Origin: Vicinamibacterales bacterium
GTDB taxonomy: Bacteria > Acidobacteriota > Vicinamibacteria > Vicinamibacterales > JAMQPK01
Reading direction: 5' to 3'
DNA: 64,000 nt
Assembly: GCA_963738315.1 (NCBI GenBank)
Contig: CAVTVT010000004.1
Span: 189,043 to 253,042 of the forward strand
Shown here: piece by piece, positions 9,053-19,901 of the stretch
How positions within the stretch are numbered: position 1 is the first letter of the stretch
Layout of the letters: each line of letters starts with the position of its first letter
Notes under the pieces: generated by a model
Database searches by the model: none
The model's input: the letters and a program-made list of their open reading frames with translations, nothing else
Told to the model about the DNA's origin: nothing
Translations under genes and position numbers: made by a program

Positions 9053-10839
9053 TCATCATCGAATCCATCGAGCGCGATGCTGTTCGCGTCGGACGCCTCA
9101 GCAAAACTCGGACTGTTCGGGTCGAGAACCCCTGCGAAGTACACCCCCAAAAAGTCCCATTCGTCGTGGAGATAGAAGCGCCCATCCTTTTGAACCGCGT
9201 ATCGGCGATAAAGGTAGTCGAACAACTGGGAGGGAAGTTCAAGGCTCTCTGTCACGACACGGAGATCCGCGAGCGATAGCGCCCAAGGATATGCACGGTC
9301 GACAAAAAGACCAAGTGGAGCGAGGCTCGGAAGATTGGCTGCGATGGATGCCCACGCGCCGGTTCCCACCAATGTCACCAAGAACACTTCCGAGATTTCA
9401 GCGCGGCGTACGACAATCTTACGCCCGGTCCTCTTCTCCTCGAACTCGACAGACGCCGCCCCCTGAATGTAATCACGAGCCCGCTTGGCCTGGTCGAAAG
9501 GCTCTAGGATCGCTTTCGCCAGATCGTTAAGGATCGCGGGCACGTCACCCGCCAGTGCGGCGAGCGTTGGGCTCTTCGATTTACATTCGATCAAGATCAA
9601 CTTGTTGTCGTAAACCGCGATCCCATCCAGCTCGAGTCTCTCCTTCTTCGGCCCATAGTAGAGACCCCAACCGCACTCGGCTCTCAGAAGAAGCCGCTCA
9701 AGAGCAGAGACTGCAGATGACTCCAGCCACTCTGCGCGCGCATTGTCATACGTTGTGCGATAGCTCTTGTCTGCAAACAACTTCGTATGAAATGCGTAGA
9801 AGATCGCCTCAGAAAGCCGTGGCGGCACGAACAAGTAGTATCGGTCCCCGAACTTGACGAACGGCGCAAAAGCAAAGGGATTCAGCTCGACCGCGCTCGG
9901 TTCACCGCTGATCTTGTCGCCGGCGACGCTAAGCAGCGTCAAGAACGGCAGAACGCGTTCCGCGGCGACTCGTCCTTCACAACGCCCGCGCAGCTCGTCT
10001 TCGGTGAAGCTGATGATGGTGGGCGCCTTGAAGAACAACCATATGATGCTTAGGGTCTTTGCGAATTGAGATCCACCTGTGATCAGACTGCCATCTGCAA
10101 CAGCCTCGCGAATCACAACGGGAAACCCCTCAAGATGATGCGTCACGGACTCATGATTGTGTTCGACATCCTTTTCAATTTCGCGCGAGCGGGCTCGAAG
10201 ATCGGCTATTTTGTCGGATACGCCTTCGCCGATGATCTTGGCAATTTCGAACGCGTCTTGTACCGGCAGGCCAAGGTTGGTTAGGCACCACGCCTCATGA
10301 GGTGAATAGAGCTCGACCGCGAGCCCTTCGATCTCGTTGGCATAACCGAGGCCGCGAACGAACACCGCCTCGGTCTGGATCCTCGCTCGAAGCTCGTTCT
10401 GCTGCGCGTCAAGGGCCGGATCTCGGCCCATGAGCGAGAAGACAACGGTCCTGAAGTAATCGTCCAGCAACCGCTCGAGCGCGCTTAGAAATCCTCCGTC
10501 GATGACAGCTGGCCGCTCCGGTGAAGCGATCTTGCGCGATAGCGCCAACCACGCAAGCCACTCGATTTTGGCCTGCCATCGAGCCCTCTCATTCCGATCG
10601 TTCGCCGCGTCAATCGCGTGCGTTTGATACAGCACGGTCAGATGCGACAGCAGCTCAATTGGATCTACGGTCCGAAGCAGCGCCTCAATTTCGGAGACGA
10701 TTCCCGGTAGCCGATCACGCTGCTCCTGCGCGAGAGCGTTCACATCGAGAGTTCGTCGTCGGTCATTCTCGTTGCTCACGTCTGCTCGCCAGCTGTACAT
10801 GCGCGACGTTCCCGCAACTTCATCACGAAGAGCGCCCAA
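8989..10839 (-). CDS. Uncharacterised 596-616-aa protein with PD-(D/E)xK nuclease-like core
   Basis: Long ORF with ordinary composition. Candidate nuclease motif ELDGIAVYDNKLILIECKSK (D...ExK). A GTG at 10779 would overlap the upstream stop as GTGA. Confidence 0.6.
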   Translation of the reverse strand: MGALRDEVAGTSRMYSWRADVSNENDRRRTLDVNALAQEQRDRLPGIVSEIEALLRTVDPIELLSHLTVLYQTHAIDAANDRNERARWQAKIEWLAWLALSRKIASPERPAVIDGGFLSALERLLDDYFRTVVFSLMGRDPALDAQQNELRARIQTEAVFVRGLGYANEIEGLAVELYSPHEAWCLTNLGLPVQDAFEIAKIIGEGVSDKIADLRARSREIEKDVEHNHESVTHHLEGFPVVIREAVADGSLITGGSQFAKTLSIIWLFFKAPTIISFTEDELRGRCEGRVAAERVLPFLTLLSVAGDKISGEPSAVELNPFAFAPFVKFGDRYYLFVPPRLSEAIFYAFHTKLFADKSYRTTYDNARAEWLESSAVSALERLLLRAECGWGLYYGPKKERLELDGIAVYDNKLILIECKSKSPTLAALAGDVPAILNDLAKAILEPFDQAKRARDYIQGAASVEFEEKRTGRKIVVRRAEISEVFLVTLVGTGAWASIAANLPSLAPLGLFVDRAYPWALSLADLRVVTESLELPSQLFDYLYRRYAVQKDGRFYLHDEWDFLGVYFAGVLDPNSPSFAEASDANSIALDGFDDELQDYYYAMLSFERRSTASMR

Positions 10840-12140
10840 GGATCAGTCTCCTGGTCGGCCGGCATGAAGGAATTCCATTCCTCCGAGAAGTCGGCGACGT
10901 CTGAGCTGGATCGCCAACCCTTATGCGGCGCGACAACCTTCCCGGCATAGCCGAGTCGCATCAGCACGCGCCGAAACAAGAAGAGCCGCCATTTGTCAAA
11001 GAGCAGACGGAATTCCGTGCTGTCCTTCGTCGGCAGCTCCCCACCGTGCATGACGGCGTTTCTCAAGAGCCGTATGGTATGTCGCGCAACGTAGTGCTTC
11101 GGAACATCCCAACCGAGATGCTTCCGGGCCGCGCCAATCAGTTCGAGGAAGTCTCGCTTCGCCACCCACTCTTCAGGCTGCCCCTGTTCGACAAGGCAGT
11201 TCCTCATGAAGAACTCGAGCGCCATGATCAGTGAGGCGAATTTCTGCTCCAGATAGGGCGCGTCCTCAAGCGACCCGCAATGGCTGGCCAGCCGTCGCCA
11301 TGCGGGATGGGCGCGCTTCATCTTCACGTATTCGTTAAAGGCCACGCGGAAGAACTCGGGAATATGGATGTCGTCGACGATGCCGTTGCTCCGGTAGTGC
11401 GATGTTACGGGCTGCGGAAGCACGCGGCGGACGATCGCACCGTCACCGTCCAGCAAGTCGACCATGGGCACGCAGACGCCCGCACCCGCTGCGAAGGTAC
11501 ACAGGCCCGCGACGTCGGTGCTGAACGCCAGCACCTGATCGTCGGATTCGCCGGGGGCCAAATCGACGCTAAATTCCGTAAGGGAGGCCGCCTGCAGAAT
11601 CCCGGCCTTGACGAGGGGCAGGATATCCTTGCGGAGGCGGTGATGGCGAAACGCGACGCGGCGATCGTCGACATCGACGCTCAGGGGCGTGCCGATTCTC
11701 GTGAAGCCCCTGTCTTCCGTGATTGCGTCCCCACACCTATAGTCGAAGTTGTTGAGCAGAACCGTGGCCGTGGCCGCCGGACGCGCAGGACCGTACTGCA
11801 CACGCGCCGGGCAGTTGACAGGGGAAATCAGGCTCCATCCGCCGGGCCCCGAAGCGCCGTCGGTTTGACCATGGACATAGCATCGTGGGCACTCCATGCG
11901 GAAGGGACCGGAGTCGCTACCGCCGTCAATGACTAGGTCGGTCCCGAAATCCTGCGACGTTTGGTCGGTGGCTGTGTGGAAGGCGACGATGGCCTGCCCG
12001 TCAGCGGGCAACAGGAACTCAGCGAAACCGGAATAGACGGTCTCCCCCATGCGAAACGTGGCCGAGCCGCGATGGGACGACAGCCGGGCGTACTCCCGAT
12101 GCGCGGTGACAGGCGGATACGTAATCGGTTCGATGGTCAT
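10776..12140 (-). CDS. ApeA-like protein: beta-rich N-terminal domain + C-terminal HEPN
   Basis: 454-aa ORF. C-terminal Rx4H motif LLRNAVMHGGELP embedded in helical sequence. The architecture resembles Apea-like HEPN defence proteins. Confidence 0.55.
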   Translation of the reverse strand: MTIEPITYPPVTAHREYARLSSHRGSATFRMGETVYSGFAEFLLPADGQAIVAFHTATDQTSQDFGTDLVIDGGSDSGPFRMECPRCYVHGQTDGASGPGGWSLISPVNCPARVQYGPARPAATATVLLNNFDYRCGDAITEDRGFTRIGTPLSVDVDDRRVAFRHHRLRKDILPLVKAGILQAASLTEFSVDLAPGESDDQVLAFSTDVAGLCTFAAGAGVCVPMVDLLDGDGAIVRRVLPQPVTSHYRSNGIVDDIHIPEFFRVAFNEYVKMKRAHPAWRRLASHCGSLEDAPYLEQKFASLIMALEFFMRNCLVEQGQPEEWVAKRDFLELIGAARKHLGWDVPKHYVARHTIRLLRNAVMHGGELPTKDSTEFRLLFDKWRLFLFRRVLMRLGYAGKVVAPHKGWRSSSDVADFSEEWNSFMPADQETDPWALFVMKLRERRACTAGEQT

Positions 12141-12180
12141 GGGCCTACCCTAGATGTCCCTCTCCTGTGTACTTGGCAGC

Positions 12181-13286
12181 CTACGCGGGGGCGTTCGGCC
12201 CGCGTGGGCCGCCACCCAGTCCGCGCAACGTGGCTCGAAACGCGTCGAGTTCCGCAATGACGGCTTCGACGTACGCGGAACCATCGGCTGAGCGGAGGAA
12301 TTCCATTTGCGCCTTCCAGCCTGCCGCATGTGCGCCCGTTGTCCACATGACTGCGGAAACCGCGTCCATGAGCGATTGGTAGCGCGCCTGCGTCATCGTT
12401 TTGCGAAGAGCAGGACGACTTTCATTGCTAAACTTCAGCACGTACCGAGACATCACTTGAAGCCTCACAAGCTGTGGCGGATGTGTTCGCCGATACACCG
12501 TGTCCCGCGTGAGCATTTCAGGCTCGCGAAGAAAAGTGAAGCCCGCCTGTGCGACGATGAAACAAGCGAAGACAACGTCGTCTTGAACCTCAGATGGTGA
12601 GTTTTCGATATTCAGAACCTCCGAGGCAGCCTGTCGTCCACTCGCCGTGATCCAATGCGCAAGAGCCAAGTAAGCCGCCCAACCGTCGGCGTCAAGCTCC
12701 CGAGCTTGTCTTCTCAAGTTGCCAGTCAGTGCACCACCGATGATTTCCTCGACGTCGAATGCTCCATCCAAGTGTCCATGCACGTGATGGGCGTATTCGT
12801 GTGAGATGACAAAACCCAGCAACATCCAGAAGAGCAACGTGCGCAGCACATCGCGATCACTCGCTAGTGACAAGCCGATGCCGGATACGACCGCGTCGGA
12901 TGCGGCAAGCGCCCATGCAACGTTCACCACGTCGAAGACGAGGGGAACGGTGACCCGATGAACGAGTGGTTCGCGTCTTTGAACGCCAGCGCATTCGACC
13001 GGTCAGAATCGATGAAGTCCAAGTAGAGCGGCGAGTGTGGGGCATCTCCGTTGATGTTCTGTCCTTCGACTGCCAATGCACCATTGAACGACTGGCGAAT
13101 CTCCACCAATTTGTCGATGAACGTGCTGAGCGACGAATCTCGTTGTCGAAGCTCCTCGAGATCGGCGATGCCGCGGTAGTCAAAATTGTTCCGACTTTTG
13201 ATCGCCACGTCGAACGCAATTTTTTCCGCAGACGGCACCATACAGTTTCTCGGTTTCCGAGCACCTCTTGGAGTGTAACGCTGCAC
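12181..13286 (-). CDS. HExxH zinc metallopeptidase, ImmA/IrrE-like (frame broken at 12954-12956)
   Basis: ORFs 12924..13286 and 12181..12930 join as ...NALAFKDANHSFIG/VTVPLVFDVVNVAW.... Motif SHEYAHHVHGH followed by ELDADGWAAY. The likely start is the internal Met at 13241. Confidence 0.55.
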
Positions 13287-13685
13287 CTAGCCGCCATACG
13301 CGACTGGCCCCTAGGGCCACGTGAAGATGGCTCCTGTTTACCGCGATCGGTTCAAGCCGCTTGCCCGAGATCGAGCGGCCTGTTGTTCAGCGCAGCGTCT
13401 TCCCGAGAGGCCAGCCGCCTCGTCCTCGAGGAGGTTTGCGCGCGACCTCAAGGCTGAGCCGAAGCTGTCGATGCCTGATGGACGCTTTCAGAACTAGAAC
13501 CGCACGCTCAAGAGGACGTCAGTCTCGCCTAGCCGTTCTCCACCTCATGTCTCTGCCTTCGCCTTTACGCTCACCGGCACCGCCGCTTAACGGCTTCCGC
13601 CGTCTCGGATCGCGCCAGTCTGGAAAGCGCCTGTCACGCCCTCGCCATTGGCTCCAGCCTACGGCGGCACCGGCTCGCTACCTCT

Positions 13686-13731
13686 CGCGGTTACGGGCTC
13701 CTTTGGCTGCGAAGGAGCCGCGATAACCGCG
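13686..13731. repeat. Nested inverted repeat (compound hairpin) just upstream of the Xis-like ORF
   Basis: cgcggtta(13686-93)/taaccgcg(13724-31) enclose ggctcctt(13696-703)/aaggagcc(13712-19). Confidence 0.7.
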
Positions 13732-13741
13732 GGCGAGAAGA

Positions 13742-14086
13742 ATGGCGACAGACAGCATGACGGTGAAGATCACCCCGAACGGCCGCGGCAACCCGATGAC
13801 GTCCACAGAGCGCCGGCGTTTCAGCGATCAAGAGATCGCGCAAGCCGCAACGCCGACGAGAATCACGGAATCGTCCGCGCCGGAGGACCCGGCATTCGAG
13901 CGTCACTATCGGATCGGAGAACTCGCCGCGAAGTGGCAGCTTGGCCGGGAGACAGTACGCCTGCTGGTGAAAGACGAACGCGGCGTCATCAAGATTCGCC
14001 TCGGACGCAAGAAGGCGCACACGATCTACTCCGTGCCGGAATCCGTGGCCGTACGAATCCACACGCGCCTGCTCAACAGCCGCTAA
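13742..14086 (+). CDS. Helix-turn-helix DNA-binding protein, excisionase/AlpA-like
   Basis: HYRIGELAAKWQLGRETVRLLVKDERGVIKI...YSVPESVAVRIH fits an HTH_17/excisionase-like pattern. It is adjacent to and convergent with the integrase. The true start may be an internal Met. Confidence 0.5.
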   Translation: MATDSMTVKITPNGRGNPMTSTERRRFSDQEIAQAATPTRITESSAPEDPAFERHYRIGELAAKWQLGRETVRLLVKDERGVIKIRLGRKKAHTIYSVPESVAVRIHTRLLNSR

Positions 14087-14134
14087 CGGCGGCCGCCGCG
14101 CAGACTGACGCGTCTCCTGCGTGAGCGACTCGGG

Positions 14135-15407
14135 TTATTTGCGACCCCCGGAGATTCCCACCAGCTTCGGCTTCTCTCTGTAGGCTTTCTTGAACATTCT
14201 GGTCAGGCGTTCCTGCCGCTCAGGGACCCAGGCGCTGTAATGAAGCGCGACCGTTTTCGGATCGTCGCCGAGCGCCATCGCCACATCGTCAATGGAGTTT
14301 CCATCCTGGAGGAGACGGCGCGCAAAGGTGTGACGGAAACGGTGTGGGGTCGGCTCTTGTTCGAAGGGGCCAGCGGCTTCGAACGCCTGAGCAAGACGCC
14401 GCCGCCAGACGTTCGTGACGGTCTCAAGGCGTGTTGATTGGCCGATGATGAACGGCCGCGACCCATGCAGTTTGGCGCGTGCGGTCAATCGGTCGCGAAC
14501 ACGGTCGGGAAGCCACGCAAACACATGATGGCCATTCTTCTGCGCTCGGATCATCACGTTATTGCCCTGCAATCGGCTCATGTCGAACAGCGTCGCATCT
14601 GAGATGCGGAAGCCCGTGTGCACCATCAGCTCGATCAAGTCTTTCAAGTCTTCGCCGGTCCACGAGCCCGCTCCCTGCGCGTTCTTGTACTCGCAGCCGA
14701 CGTGGCCGGGACTGCGGTCTCGCTGACGCATCGGACGCGGCGGGTTGTCGCACGCCCTCATGATGCGGCTCAGTTCCTTATCGCTGAACGGCATCTTGTC
14801 GGCGCTCTTACTGGAGCCGACCGGAGGTTTGATGTCGGAGCTGATCGGCGTTTCGGACATCCACTTCCGGTTGACGGCGAAGCGGAAGAAGGCGCGCAGG
14901 ACGCCGAGGCGGGTTCCTTTCGTGCGCGGACCGAGCTTCAGTCCCGCGTAGAACTGGTCGGCATCGGCCGGCGTGAACTGGTCGATCATCACGTAGCCGC
15001 GACCGTCGGCATATGCCGTCAACTGTTTCGTGAACGTCCGATACTTGCGGAGGGTCGCGGGGGCAATCTGGCGCGCTCTCGCGATTCGCGATGAAGATGC
15101 TGGTGGCTTCCTCGATGGTGATGCGGGCCGGCGTCGCAGGCGCGTCCGGTGCCGGCACCGCGGGTGCCGGTTGATCGCTCCAGTTGCCGACGGCTTCGAT
15201 GGCTGCCGCGTAGGCGCGGGCTTCGTCCCAGGTCGTCGCGCCGGTGCGTTTGCGGCTGAAGCGTCCGGCAAGTGTGCCGGAGACGAAAATGACGCACGCG
15301 CAACGTTTCCAGCCACGGGTACGCTCGGCGAATTCACCCGAGTTCGAATCCTCCGCGCGGCCGGCTTCGCAGTCTTTCCGATGGCGGCGGTAGAGGTTCA
15401 GCGCCAC
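14135..15407 (-). CDS. int: Tyrosine recombinase / phage-type integrase (frame broken near 15065-15075)
   Basis: ORFs 14808..15407 and 14135..15337 join as ...IFIANRESA/RQIAPATLRKYRTFTKQL. C-terminal catalytic motifs HRFRHTFARRLL and LHYSAW. The start lies 87 nt from the tRNA-Ser 3' end. Confidence 0.85.
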
Positions 15408-15492
15408 GGACGGATTCTAGCACCATTGCCCGCTATTACCCGCTGGAAGCGGCTAATTTCAGGTAAATCAGCGTTTTTACTAATGTTTTGAT

Positions 15493-15519
15493 GTGGCGGA
15501 GAGGGTGGGATTCGAACCC
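15493..15519. repeat. attR-type direct repeat inside tRNA-Ser
   Basis: Identical to 271-297. Confidence 0.8.
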
Positions 15520-15582
15520 ACGTGCCCTTTCGGACAAGACGCTTTCGAGGCGCCCCCGTTACGACCACTTCGGTACCTCTCC
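15494..15582 (-). tRNA. tRNA-Ser (anticodon CGA), CCA encoded
   Basis: Reverse complement GGAGAGG...GGCGC-CTCGAAA-GCGTC...long variable arm...GTGGGTTCGAATCCCAC-CCTCTCC-G-CCA folds as a class II tRNA. Confidence 0.9.
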
Positions 15583-15659
15583 GCAGAGGATCGGGGCAGA
15601 GCGAACACACTATTTTAGCGCATCCGCCCCTCGCCGCCGTCCGGCGGCCGCGTCCGGCG

Positions 15660-15989
15660 CTACCAGTCGAAGTACAGCACCGGCGCGAGCGCCACCGCGG
15701 CCGCGCCGAGCTGCAGCGCCAGAATCGCCAGCGCCGCCCGCGGCCGCCGGGGCAGCCAGGTGAGCGCGAAGAACGCCACGACCGGGATCTGCAGGCCGAT
15801 CAGCAGCTGGAAGAGGCGCGCGGCGGCCCCTTCGTCCTCCTGGTGGACGACCCCGTAGACGGCCAGAAAACTCAGCAGCACGGAGATCGCGGCAGCCGAC
15901 ATGGCCAGGGGGAGAAACGCGCTCGGGCGTTTCAACAGCTTCGCGGCATTCTGCGGCAAGTGTTCGTCCATGAGACGTTGATTATCCAT
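15660..15989 (-). CDS. Small hypothetical membrane protein
   Basis: 109-aa ORF with three hydrophobic segments. No recognisable family. Confidence 0.45.
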   Translation of the reverse strand: MDNQRLMDEHLPQNAAKLLKRPSAFLPLAMSAAAISVLLSFLAVYGVVHQEDEGAAARLFQLLIGLQIPVVAFFALTWLPRRPRAALAILALQLGAAAVALAPVLYFDW

Positions 15990-16098
15990 CGAATGACGGC
16001 CGGCGAGCGCAGCCCCGCCTCCTGGCCGATCGCGCGGTGCTCGTATAGAATCGCGGCACGCCCCGTACAGCCATGCAGGCTCCAGGAGGATACCGGCC

Positions 16099-16314
16099 GT
16101 GAACAGGCCTTCGCCCAGACGTGAATGGAGCTGGTGGTACCTGCTCTTCGTCGTCGAGTGCGTCGCCGTGCTGTGGCCTCCGTTCTACAACAGGCTCGAG
16201 CCGGAATGGCACGGCATCCCGTTCTTCTACTGGTACCAACTGCTCTGGGTGGTGATCAGCGCCGTGCTGACGGCCGTCGTGTACTTCGCCACCGAATCCA
16301 CCATCCGGCGCTAG
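16099..16314 (+). CDS. DUF3311-type small membrane subunit associated with sodium:solute symporters
   Basis: WPPFYN...GIPFFYWYQLLWVVISAVL pattern. It lies immediately upstream of the SSS transporter. Confidence 0.65.
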   Translation: MNRPSPRREWSWWYLLFVVECVAVLWPPFYNRLEPEWHGIPFFYWYQLLWVVISAVLTAVVYFATESTIRR

Positions 16315-16345
16315 GCCAACATCGACCGCCCGACACCGACACATC

Positions 16346-17892
16346 ATGGAGCACCTCAACTGGACTGCGCTGAGCATCTTCGTGCTGCTCTTCGGCTTCG
16401 TCACGTGGCTCGGCTTCGCCGCCGCGCACTGGCGCAAAGGCGACATGGATCAGCTCCACGAATGGGGGCTCGGCGGACGGCGCTTCGGCACGATCGTCAC
16501 CTGGTTCCTGGTCGGAGGCGATCTCTACACGGCCTACACGTTCATCGCCGTGCCGGCGCTGGCCTTCGGCGCAGGCGCCCTGGCGTTCTTCGCCGTGCCC
16601 TACACGATCGTGATCTACCCCATCCTCTTTCTCGTGTTTCCGCGGCTCTGGCACGTGTCGCACAAGCACAACTACATCACCGCCGCAGACTTCGTGCGCG
16701 GGCGCTTCGGCAACCGCTGGCTGGCTCTCGCCGTGGCGGTGACGGGCATCGTCGCGACGATGCCGTACATCGCGCTGCAGCTGGTCGGCATTCAGGTGAT
16801 GATCGGCGCGCTCGGAGTGTCGGGGCAGGGGCTGATGGGCGACATGCCGCTCATTATCGCCTTCGTGATCCTTGCGGCCTTCACCTACTCGAGCGGCCTG
16901 CGCGCGCCGGCCGCCATCGCCATCGTCAAGGATCTGCTCATCTACGCAACCGCGCTGGCGGCCGTCATCATCGTGCCCATCAAGCTTGGCGGCTACGGCC
17001 ACATCTTCGCCGCGATTCCGCCCGAGAAGCTGATTCTGGCGCCGCCGGGACCGCACACGACCGGCGCGTACGGCGCGTACGCCACGCTCGCCATCGGCTC
17101 GGCGCTCGCGTTGTTCATCTATCCGCACTCGATGACCGGAATCCTGAGCGCCAGCAGCGGCCATGCCATCCGCCGCAACGCGGCGATCCTGCCGGGCTAT
17201 TCGCTGATGCTCGGATTTCTCGCCCTGATCGGCTTCATGGCGCTCGCGGCCGGCGTCGACAAGATGCCCGAGTACGCGGCCGGGTTCAGCAGGTACGGCG
17301 CGAACTTCGCCGTCCCGGCGCTGCTGCTGCACAGCTTTCCCGCATGGTTCGTGGGCGTGACGTTCGCCGCGATCGGCATCGGCGCGCTGGTGCCGGCGGC
17401 CATCATGTCGATCGCGTCCGCGAATCTGTACACGCGCAACATCCATCGCGAGTTCATCCGGCCCGAACTGCACGCCGAAGGACGAGGCCCAGATGGCCAA
17501 ATGGGTGTCGCTCGTCGTCAAGGGCGGCGCGCTCATCTTCATCCTGCTCGTGCCGACGCAGTACGCGATCCAGCTGCAGCTGCTCGGCGGGATCTGGATC
17601 ATCCAGACGGTGCCGTCGGTGATGCTCGGGACCTACACGCGCTGGTTCGACGAATGGGCGCTGCTCGTCGGCTGGGCCGTCGGGCACCTTCACCGGCACC
17701 TGGATGGCGGTGTCGGTGAACTTCGCGTCGGTCTATCCGCTCACCATCGGCGGTTTCGGGCTGCCCGGCTACTCCGCGCTGTACACCCTGATCCTGAATC
17801 TCGCGCTCGCGCTCGTCCTCACGCCGGTCTTCCGGATGATGGCCTCGGCGGCGCCGATCGACGAAACGGTGGAAGCGGACTATTTCGCGTAA
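16346..17892 (+). CDS. Sodium:solute symporter (SSS) family transporter, two frame breaks (~17462-17465 and ~17685)
   Basis: ORFs 16346.., 17493.. and 17704..17892 join as ...REFIRP/NCTPKDEAQMAKWVSL... and ...GWAVG/TFTGTWMAVSVNF.... The product is polytopic and hydrophobic throughout. Confidence 0.8.
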
Positions 17893-17913
17893 GGGGAGAG
17901 ATCCGGCTCTCGC

Positions 17914-19393
<1,480 letters not shown>

Positions 19394-19421
19394 CCGGGAC
19401 GAGGCGCAGCCCCGGACCCGC

Positions 19422-19643
19422 TCACCCCCGCCTGCGCGACAGCACCAGTACGGCGATGCCCGCCACGAGAGCTGCGCCGCCGAGCAGCGGCGACAACGGG
19501 ATGTGCTCGCGCGTGGTGGTGGTGGCCTCAATCGGCCCGACGTCCAGCACCTTCTCCCTCTTCGTGTAGGAGAAGCCGCCGTAGGCGAGCACGAACAATC
19601 CGAACGCGATCAGCACGATCGCCACGATGGTGTTGAGCTTCAC
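19422..19643 (-). CDS. Small two-TM membrane protein
   Basis: 73-aa ORF with N- and C-terminal hydrophobic helices. Confidence 0.45.
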   Translation of the reverse strand: MKLNTIVAIVLIAFGLFVLAYGGFSYTKREKVLDVGPIEATTTTREHIPLSPLLGGAALVAGIAVLVLSRRRG

Positions 19644-19691
19644 GAAGCAATCCTCCTTGCGGCATCGGCGACGAACCGTGGCCGCGGCGCG

Positions 19692-19874
19692 CTAATCCCG
19701 ATCGGGCAGGGCCGGATGCTCGTCGTCGGGGGCCGGGGGCACGTCGTGCGTATAGTGATCGTGGACCGGCGGCTTGCTGGGCCGCCAGTCGTGCCAGGGG
19801 CGCTCGCCGTAGATGGTGTTCATCCTGCCAAGCTCTTCGATGCGCTCGCGGAGGGGGTCTTTCTTGTCGGCCAT
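19692..19874 (-). CDS. Small hypothetical protein (60 aa)
   Basis: MADKKDPLRERIEELGRMNTIYGERPWHDW.... This is the only non-shadow-looking part of the 442-aa antisense ORF. Confidence 0.35.
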   Translation of the reverse strand: MADKKDPLRERIEELGRMNTIYGERPWHDWRPSKPPVHDHYTHDVPPAPDDEHPALPDRD

Positions 19875-19901
19875 ATGGGTAGTATAGCGGGGGAGAGTCT
19901 C

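Larger units (their letters stand above)
271..15519. mobile_element. Genomic island integrated at the 3' end of tRNA-Ser(CGA), about 15.2 kb
   Basis: Exact 27-bp direct repeat gtggcggagagggtgggattcgaaccc at 271-297 and 15493-15519. The right copy lies in an intact tRNA-Ser; the left copy is only a tRNA 3' stub. Integrase and Xis-like HTH sit at the tRNA-proximal end. Cargo is restriction/HEPN/DarG-type and G+C is visibly lower than the flanks. Confidence 0.75.

Noticed and set aside
8989-9500. The C-terminal ~150 aa of the 616-aa protein as a hidden DarT N-terminal half (LHDEWDFLGVYFAGVLDPNSPSF vs LHDYVPFYF.P.SPML)
   Set aside because: The resemblance is limited to a few residues. The YHITH..NL and FVFTD motifs are absent and the spacing is about 20 residues too short. 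It is kept only as an alternative in the DarT finding.
16256-17602. 448-aa minus-strand ORF antisense to the SSS transporter. Similar long shadow ORFs occur at 33375..34547, 35128..36282, 19875..21020, 50881..52308, 61045..62067 and 61724..62632.
   Set aside because: Extreme R/A/G/P/H composition, no motifs, and each lies opposite a gene with clear family signatures. These are typical high-G+C antisense open frames.
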